From positions 149,296,001 through 149,360,000 of the forward strand of contig OZ024742.1 of NCBI GenBank assembly GCA_964016885.1: DNA of 64,000 nt, in the 5' to 3' direction. Source of the stretch: Eledone cirrhosa. Taxonomy: Eukaryota. Of the stretch, positions 55,356 to 64,000 are shown piece by piece. The notes beneath the pieces were generated by a model. The model saw nothing but the letters and a program-made list of their open reading frames with translations, was not told where the DNA came from and searched no databases. A program made the position numbers and the translations under genes. Each line of letters begins with the position of its first letter. Positions within the stretch are counted from its first letter, which is position 1.

Positions 55356-56075
55356 TATATCAACTAGAAATTGATTGACATATATATATCTAAAATATAC
55401 ATATGAAACAATCACAGGGAATAATTTGTAAAAGTGTGTAAGCACACATAGCTAGGTAGGTAACTAATTAAAGTTTAACTAGAACTTTAAAAATAGATAC
55501 CTTATAAATTGATTAATCTTCCTTGTATATATTTCATTAAAGAAATATATTTCACCATCAATCGATCGGTAAACCACAGTAGCCAAATTCCGAATTTTCA
55601 ACGAGGGGGAAGATTTAACTATCTGTGTTTACACAGCAAAATCACGGCCCCTTAATTGTAGAGCTAACACAGTTGAAAGGACTCAGCTGCTATTTCTAGT
55701 TGTCGATAACCCTATTCACGCCACTGGGATGAAGCTGGTACGATGTGTGTACTTTTAAAAAAATGCAACACGTGCTGCTAGTCATTCGCAGATTTGAATT
55801 TGCTGTGTAAACACAGATAGTTAAATCTTCTCCCTTGTTGAAAATTCGGAATTTGTACCGATCGATTGATGGTGAAATATATTTCTTTAATGAAATATAT
55901 ACAAGGAAGATTAATCAATTTATAAGGTATCTATTTTTAAAGTTCTAGTTAAGCTTTAATTAGTTACCTACCTAGCTATGTGTGCTTACACACTTTTACA
56001 AATTATTCCCTGTGATTGTTTCATATGTTTATTTTAGATATATATATATATGTCAATCAATTTCTAGTTGATATA
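55356..56075. mobile_element. Fold-back insertion with about 280-bp inverted arms
   Basis: Arms about 55356-55640 and 55798-56075, near-identical apart from one short indel. Confidence 0.85.
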
Positions 56076-56126
56076 TATATATTTATATATATATTCCACA
56101 ATGCTTCAAGCAAACTTCAATACTCT

Positions 56127-56233
<107 letters not shown>

Positions 56234-56328
56234 GTGGAACACTGGAAGGTAATATCCGTAGTGGTAGAGCACTCAGTCCATGGGACGAGTTAGGTAGAAG
56301 TGGTTACACAACAGTTAGTTCACCATAC

Positions 56329-56365
56329 CGAGAACAATTGTTTCACCTTAGCGGATCCTCAGTTC

Positions 56366-56366
<1 letters not shown>
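56329..56366 (-). ncRNA. Minimal type I hammerhead in a 140-bp insert within (TA)n
   Basis: cga-a-CTGAGGA-t-cc-gctaa-gg-t-GAAAC-aatt-GTT-c-tcg. Confidence 0.65.
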
Positions 56367-56439
<73 letters not shown>

Positions 56440-56521
56440 ACTGACAAAGGACTATTTTTATCATATGTAACCCATGTGCAACCACGCAGTATTCTTTCTT
56501 CTCATGTTATATATATATATT

Positions 56522-56943
56522 TCGTTTCTGAATTTGTTTAGCAAGATTCTTTATCTGAAAACGTGTGTTGAAACCGATATTGTTATACTTTGGGAGGGTC
56601 ATGTTGCCAATAAGAAACACACGCACCAGTCGCTTTCACTCCAATTTATTATAAATTGGCGTAGGACAGAACAAAGGAGAGGCACAAAACAAAGAAAAGA
56701 ATCCCCAATCACTGAAGAGGTCACAGAATGTGTGACGAAAGAACTTTGACAATATATGAACAACCGTCCGGTTGTGGAATCAACCAACCAACCGGAAATT
56801 TATTAAAAAAAAATTATAATAAATTGGAGTGAAAGCGACTGGTGCGTGTGTTTCTTATTGGCAACATGACCCTCCCAAAGTATAACAATATCGGTTTCAA
56901 CACACGTTTTCAGATAAAGAATCTTTCTAAACAAATTCAGAAA

Positions 56944-56946
<3 letters not shown>
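56522..56946. mobile_element. Fold-back insertion with about 135-bp arms
   Basis: Arms about 56522-56657 and 56811-56946; short derivatives at 44027-44068 and 45782-45855. Confidence 0.85.
56708..56749 (+). ncRNA. Minimal hammerhead-like fold in the loop of the fold-back
   Basis: tca-CTGAAGA-g-gtcaca-gaatg-tgtgac-GAAA-gaac-TT-tga. Confidence 0.55.
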
Positions 56947-57002
<56 letters not shown>

Positions 57003-57007
<5 letters not shown>

Positions 57008-57330
57008 ATGAAATCGAAAATGCAACTGGAGTCTTATTTAAAAAAATATATATATTTATTTGGTTCCTTTACCGGTTTCGCAGTTCTTCTGCTTTTCAAA
57101 AGTAGAGTTGAGATGGAGGGTCTGTGGTTTTTCTCACAGACCCTCCATCTCAACTCTACTTTTGAAAAGCAGAAGAACTGCGAAACCGGTAAAGGAACCA
57201 AATAAATATATATATTTTTTTAAATAAAACTCCAGTTGCATTTTCGATTTCATCTTTTTTTCTTCATACTTTCACTCGTGTAGGACACCTCAGTTATTTT
57301 TCATTTTGTAAAAAAAACCTCACTTTCTAC
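57003..57330 (+). mobile_element. Near-perfect hairpin insertion (57003-57257) with tail, in (TA)n
   Basis: About 120-bp arms and a short T-rich loop. Confidence 0.85.
57159..57194 (+). ncRNA. Minimal type I hammerhead, U3:A8 core (mirror copy about 57066-57101 minus)
   Basis: ctt-TTGAAAA-gcag-aagaa-ctgc-GAAAC-cg-GTA-aag; stem III palindrome ACCGGT. Confidence 0.75.
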
Positions 57331-57331
57331 T

Positions 57332-57423
<92 letters not shown>

Positions 57424-58631
57424 GCATATATATGTATTTATGTAGGTAGGCAGGTAGATTGGTAGGTAGGTTTGTATGTGTATGTGTTATGCATATGTGT
57501 GTTGTGGATTAGGTTTCTGGTAATGAAAATAGTATCAGTCGAAGACAGCTTTCACAATGAGGTATTGTTGGCAACTTCAGGCACCAATACGACACAGGGT
57601 AACTCGATACAGAGAGCTTCAGTTACCATTTTTGTGTCAATGGAACATTTACTGCGGTAGTTTAATAGTATTACTCACTGAACTTGTAGTGAAGTTAGCA
57701 ATTAGTAGAGCATCGAACAACATTCAAGATGTCAGGCGCCAAGTCTCGGCCTTCGGTTGATCCATGATTGTAGTTCAGTCAAACAGACGAGCTGCAGAAA
57801 GACGTGCTTCACATTTGGTGGCCACACTTGTTCCTTGTTTGTATTACTCACAAGACTTAGGTCGATTCGAGGCTATGATAAATGATGCTTGCCCAAGGTG
57901 CCACATACTGAGATAGAAACCCAGGAACTTATGATTGCGAAGCGGGTTTCTTAACCATTAGATGATGTTGTGCCCACAACAAAATTATGTATTAATTTTA
58001 TGAGTTTATGAAGACAATCAAGCATTAATATGGATTTTCTAAAGCTTTAAATTATTTTTTCAATCAGTGGCGTCAAGTCTCGGCCTTCGGTTGATCCATG
58101 ATTGCAGTTCAGTCAAACAGACGAGCTGCAGAAAGACTTTAAATTATTTTTTTAATCAGTGGCACAACTAGAAACTCTTACGGTGAACCACATACAAATT
58201 ATTGCTTTAACATCATAAACAAGGAAAGAGATATATGTATCAAGCATAATGTATTATAGGAAAACAAGTAAGATCACGACTTGAACAGGAGCTGACCTAA
58301 TGGTAAAGAGTAACAACAGCTATTTCTTATCCTCCTCTTCTTTCTGAGAAGAGGACTGACGTTACTATGCCCCCCCCTCCTCCTTATTCGCTTCATCTTA
58401 TTTCATCTTTCTTATACATTCCTTTATGAGCACACTTATTTTCAACCATAATTTTTTCTTCTATCTTCTCCCACCATCTACATCTTTTTTAGATTTATAT
58501 TTTCTATCTTTCTACTATCATTACACACACACACACACAAACACATATACTCGTGTGTGTGTGTGTGTGTTGGTCATCCGTCTGTTCCGACGAGTCTGCC
58601 AGTTGTTTGACCAATGTGCAATTAACCAATG

Positions 58632-59330
58632 CGCATTCTACAGACACATGCAGTGTGACAGTGTATGACAGTGTATGGAAGTGTATGGCAGTGTATACCG
58701 AGCATTCTATGGACACATTCACCGTTAACAGGGAGATTTAGTGACAGTGTATGACAGTGTTTACCGAACATTCTACAGACACATGCCACCTTAACGTAGA
58801 TGACAGTGTATGACAATGTACGGCAGTGTATGGCAATGTACGACAGTGTATGGCAGTGTATGAAAGTGTGTGACAGTGTATGACAGTGTATACCAAACAT
58901 TCTACAGGCACATGCACTCTTAACGTAGATGCCAGTGTATGGCAGTGTACGACAGTGTATGGCAGTATATGGCAGTGTATGGCAGTGTATACCGAACATT
59001 CTATAGACACAATCACCTTAACGTAGAGGACAGGGAGATTCAGTGAGACAGTGTATGACAGTGTACCACAGTATATGTCAGTGTATGACAGTGTATGGAA
59101 GTGTATACCGAGCATTCTACAGACACATGCACCTTAACGTAGACGGCAGGAAGATTCAGTGAGACAGTGTATGACAGTGTATGACAGTGTATGGCAGTGT
59201 ATGACAGTGTATGGCAGTGTATGGCAGTGTATACCGAGCATTCTACAGACATGCACCTTAACGTAGACGGCAGGGAAATTCAGTCAGACAGTGTATGACA
59301 GTGTATGACAGTGTATGACAGTGTATGACA
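58632..59330. repeat. Minisatellite: 10-bp unit gacagtgtat within a higher-order unit of about 120 bp
   Basis: Recurring spacer accgagcattctacagacacatgcaccttaacgtaga between runs of the decamer. Confidence 0.9.
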
Positions 59331-59626
59331 AGGATGGTTCTTTGAATTACAGGTGCAATTATTTTCTACCTGCTGAGTGGGTTCGAGCAACGTGATGTAA
59401 AGTGTTTTGATCTAAGACACAACACTAGGCCAGTCCACTTCGTTCTCACATATGTACATACACACACTTAGATACACACATGCACACACTTAGATACACA
59501 CATCCTCTCTTTATCACCCTTTCTCCATCGTTTCCCCTAATCTCTCTCATCCTTTCCCCCTCCTTTTGGTCTCTCCTACATACATCCATAGGTTCCCATT
59601 CTTATTTCCTCCTGATCCATTCACCA

Positions 59627-59689
59627 TTCTTCTTCTTCTTCTTCTTCTTCTTCTTCTTCTTCTTCTTCTTCTTCTTCTTCTTCTTCTTC
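59627..59689. repeat. (TTC)n microsatellite
   Basis: Seen directly. Confidence 0.95.
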
Positions 59690-60778
59690 CCAGCCCAGAC
59701 AACCCAAGGTTTCTTTCTGTGTTCTCTCTCCGTCCCACCATTGTCTTCAGCCATCTTGCCTTCTCTCCCATCTTCCATTCCTCACTCATATTTTCCTTCA
59801 GTTAGACGTTCCATTGCCGCCTACTTTTACACATAAGCACGGCACAAACATACACACACATAAACACACAAACATACACACACATACACATACACACACA
59901 CATACACACACATACACACATGCATGCATACACATACAGATTCAGACGCCGACACATGTCCCACTCCTCTTTCCCTCTTTCACACACACAGAGAAACACA
60001 CAGTAACACACACACAACATACATACACGCACACGCATACACACACACAACATACATACAAGTATACACACACACATAGACACACACACATGCCCGCACA
60101 CCCTCTCTCTTACACACAAACACACAGACATCCATTTTTTCTCTCTATCTCTCTGTCTGTCTCTCTTTCTCATACATTTTCCTCCTCTTCCTCTGGTTTG
60201 TTTAAAACACCTCTCAGCTATTTGAAGCTTTCACGTCATCCGTAGCTCCGTCCACCACCACCACCACCACCACCACCACCACCACCACCAACAACAACAA
60301 CACTAACACCAACACCAACAACTACCCCACCTACACTTGCTAATTTACGTCAATAGAGTTGATTGTGTTTTTGCCAAGAGAACATCCACACCAGACGAGA
60401 ACTATTTCTAAGGAGACTGTGGAAGGTTTTCTTTTTTATTTAATAGAGTAATTGACTGAGTCAGAGAGATAGGTAGATAGATAGATAGATAGATAGATAG
60501 ACTGAGAGATAGATTGAGAGAGAGAGTAAGAGGAGATGGTGAAGGGAAGATAGAGACACAGATGGGGGAGGTTAAAGCAAAACGGAAGAAAAGAACGAGA
60601 CTAGAAGAAAACAGAGAGGAGAAACTAAAGGAGAAAGAGGAGAATATTATATATATATACCTTCACTTCACCATCTCCTCTTACTCTCTCTCCCACTTAC
60701 CCTCTCTCTCTCGTTCAGAAATAGCCGTCGAAACGGCTTGAGCTCTGCCGTCGGGGTCCTGACTATTTTCCTTTATAT

Positions 60779-60966
60779 ATAATTGTTTCTACTTTTGGCA
60801 CAAGGCCAGCAATCATCCCAGTGCATTACTGGTACTTTATTTTATCGACCCCGTAAGGATGAAAGGCAAAGTTAACCTCGGCAGGATTTGAACTCAGATC
60901 GTAAAGGCCCGTAACTCCATGCTGCAAACCATGGCGTCCGACCCTCTAACGATACTGCCAATCCAC
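60779..60966 (-). mobile_element. tRNA-derived SINE
   Basis: Family consensus. Confidence 0.9.
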
Positions 60967-61390
60967 AGATAAGAGAGAGACGGTTTTATTCGTACATCCC
61001 TATTTCATTCGTTATACGTATTTCGAACATTCTCTTCAAACATTCAAACGAGATGTAAGTTTCCATTGACATGTTACCAGTCGGACGTGTTATTCACCTC
61101 GCCGACCAATATACATTTGGCCAGATTTGTCTCGTAGCAGTTCTATTAGGTGTGGGAGATAGTATTATTGCTGGCATTGGTGATTGTATATATACATGCA
61201 TGTACGGTCCCGTAACTCCCGAGAGAGTCGCAGAGACACCGTTTTAATAAACGGTGTTTCTTGGGCATTTTAAAATCTGGCAGAGCCCATCTCCTCTCCA
61301 GATCTGAATACAGAAGATTTCTTCCAGACAAAGATAGATAGATTGATAGAGAATAGAAGTGAGAAAAGATATAGGGGAAGAATCTACCTC

Positions 61391-61446
<56 letters not shown>

Positions 61447-61449
<3 letters not shown>

Positions 61450-61617
61450 TATGTACACGTACATACATATATGTATACAGACGTACAGTAGTATGTATAT
61501 ATATATACATACATGCACACATATATATATGTACGTATGGATTCACCGAACATTTATTATAAAGTAACAGCCGTACTAAGAGTGGGAAATGAAATTTCGT
61601 TTCATTTTTTCCGTTTA
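61447..61617 (-). mobile_element. Family D fragment
   Basis: Reverse complement similar to 44330-44512. Confidence 0.7.
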
Positions 61618-61863
61618 TATATATTTGTATATATATTTATATATAGTTGTGTGTGTATGTGTGTATTGAACAATGATAATATAACAAAATTCGAAGATAG
61701 CTTCTTAATTAGTTCATTGTATTACGATCGTTTCAGAGAGTTGATTAATCATGGTAGATTGATATATTGATAAGCAGGTAGTGGTTAAGTCACTACCTAT
61801 TTCTCGTCATCCCTCATCTATCACACCGTCTTCCTCAGAAACAGTGAACTATAATTTTATTTG

Positions 61864-61919
<56 letters not shown>

Positions 61920-61961
61920 AGGCTGAAATGAGCTAGTCATGCATATATATACTATATATTC

Positions 61962-62017
<56 letters not shown>

Positions 62018-62020
<3 letters not shown>

Positions 62021-62320
62021 GAGCGAGGCTGAACGGTTATAGCGTTTAATGCCTGGACCATCGTCCTGCTGTGTCCTTGAGCAAGACATTTTATTTCGCG
62101 TTGCTCCAGTCAACTCAGCCGGTAAAAAAATGAGTTGAACCTGTAATTTAAGGAGCCAGCTTTGTCACACAATCTGTCACACTGAATCTCCCTGAGAACT
62201 ATGTTAAATGTTCGCATGTCTGAGGAATGCTCAGTCACTTATAGGTTAATTTCATGAGCGGGCTGATCCGTTGATTGAATCAACTAGACCACTCGTCGTC
62301 GGAAACGATGGAGGTCCAAC
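62018..62320 (+). mobile_element. Second tRNA-derived SINE family
   Basis: tgtgtccttgagcaagaca domain and shared 3' body. Confidence 0.65.
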
Positions 62321-62622
62321 ATGTGTTTGTGTGTATATACATATACATTCATATATACAATACAACACACATACGCACACATGTATATATATATATATAA
62401 AATCTTTTCCTGGGTCCTGTATTTTCGTTGCTCTAGTGATGCGGCTGGACTGCCGACCGCTATATCTGATTTGCTAAGCTGTCTGAACGTAATGTTATTA
62501 CTCTGGTGTCTTTCCTCATCTGAGTGCTCAAGCTACAGACCGATTATGCATATATGCTAGCTTGGCCGTATTCTAAAGCTTCGTCAATGGTGTACTAAAA
62601 TTTATATATACATATATATATA

Positions 62623-63157
62623 GAATAAGGAAAAGCGAAGTAGTTTCAGATGTTCAAGTCCTTTAATAATAATGCTGTGATATATATTTCAGTGACGACA
62701 CTGGCCACACTGTTCTGTGTGCGAGTGTCGTGTCGTCATCAGACAGCTTGTTACATAATAAGGTTGTTTCCGAGGCAATCCAAATTGAATCGACATGGGA
62801 ACGTATGAAGCTCGTGCTTTTGGGTTTTTCATCCGTTCCTTTGGGTTTTTCATCCGTTCCCACAAGGGAACGGATGAAAAACCCAAATGCACGAACTTCA
62901 TCCGTTCCCATGTCGATTCAATTTGGATTGCCTCGCAAACAACCTTATTATGTAACAAGCTGTCTGATGACGACACGACACTCGCACACAGAACAGTGTG
63001 GCCAGTGTCGTCACTGAAATATATATCACAGCATTATTATTAAAGGACTTGAACATCTGAAACTACTTCGCTTTTCCTTATTCGATATTTACTCCGTCAC
63101 TCCTATGTGGAAAAAGTACGTTGAGTGCTTGAATTGAATTGCATCAATATTTACCCT

Positions 63158-63160
<3 letters not shown>
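62623..63160 (+). mobile_element. 461-bp near-perfect fold-back (62623-63083) with tail, in (TA)n
   Basis: Mirror ORFs on both strands; about 215-bp arms with a 20-bp duplication at the centre. Confidence 0.9.
62959..63032 (+). ncRNA. Type I hammerhead with extended stem II (mirror copy 62674-62747 minus)
   Basis: gctgt-CTGATGA-[acgacact..cacac/gtgtg..agtgtcgt]-GAAA-tatata-TC-acagc; stem III palindrome ATATATAT. Confidence 0.8.
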
Positions 63161-63226
<66 letters not shown>

Positions 63227-63492
63227 CCACACACACATATATTTATATATATATATACACACAAATATGTGTGTGTGTATTTTTATGAGAGAGAAAGAGA
63301 GAGAAAGGGAGAAAGAACCGATTTGTTTAAAGCAGACAAATATTGTGTGGTGGGGGTGGAGTAGATAGGAGGTGAAAGTGAGAGAGAAAAGTGAAGAAAA
63401 CGACAAAAAGGAAGAGATGAGAAAAGAAAAAAAGAAGTAGAAAGAAAGCATAGAGAAAAGAATATGTGAGAAGTGTAAAAAGAAAGGGAGAC

Positions 63493-64000
63493 AATTATTA
63501 TTTCTGATTTAGGCACAAGGCCAGCAATTTGAAGGGGGAGGGGAAAGTCGATTAAATCGATCCCAGTGCATTATAGGACTTTATTTTATCGACACCGCAA
63601 GGACGAAAGGCAAAGCTAAACATAGCCGGATTTGAACTCAGAACATGATGGGCCGTAACTCTATGCTGCTAAGCATCTTGTCCGACGCTTTCCCAATTAC
63701 TGTCAATCTACATAATAATTGTTTCTACTTTTGGCACAAGGCCAGCAATTATAATTGCTGGCCTTGTGCCTAAATTCTAAACCATTGTAAATAAACAAAA
63801 ACATAATTAGAGGTTAGAAATATAACGACAAACTATTGTAGGCTTCATCCTTAGTTCACGAATGGTGTAGTAAATGGCAGAGTAATGTGGGCAGTGAATT
63901 GAATGCTTTGTAGTATTCGTTCTCGTTCTCTGAGTTCCAATTCAACCGATGTCCAGTTTACCTTCCTTCATTTCGTGGTCGATAAAAGCACCAGTCCAGT
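63493..64000. mobile_element. SINE copies (63493-63710 minus, fold-back tail fragment 63713-63772, 63873-64000 plus)
   Basis: Family similarity. Confidence 0.75.

Noticed and set aside
58632-59330. CRISPR-like array
   Set aside because: Intervening segments are repeats of one decamer, not unique spacers; eukaryotic context and no cas genes
62663-63043. Paired sense and antisense ORFs of 82-95 aa
   Set aside because: Consequence of the DNA palindrome; no protein homology recognised

Overview
AT-rich eukaryotic genomic DNA, most likely from an octopod cephalopod (inferred from the tRNA-derived SINE family and the density of (TA)n, (CA)n and (TATG)n tracts). The window is almost entirely intronic or intergenic repeat. 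I can support no intact host protein-coding gene, and nearly all ORFs in the track are microsatellite artefacts. Recognisable content: many SINE copies, decayed non-LTR retrotransposons (RTE/Rex3-like, L1/Tx1-like, R4/Dong-like, CR1-like, CRE-like), a non-autonomous Helitron and several MITEs. The most striking structure is a dense population of fold-back (inverted-repeat) insertions, mostly embedded in (TA)n microsatellites. Two of them still carry Penelope-like GIY-YIG endonuclease remnants. Read by eye, about ten sequence-unrelated loci carry type I minimal hammerhead ribozyme folds, most with palindromic stem III. Four have the compensatory U3:A8 core and several have greatly enlarged stem II domains (up to about 100 nt). 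In several insertions the inversion breakpoint falls inside hammerhead stem II. All folds and family assignments are manual; no software or database search was run.
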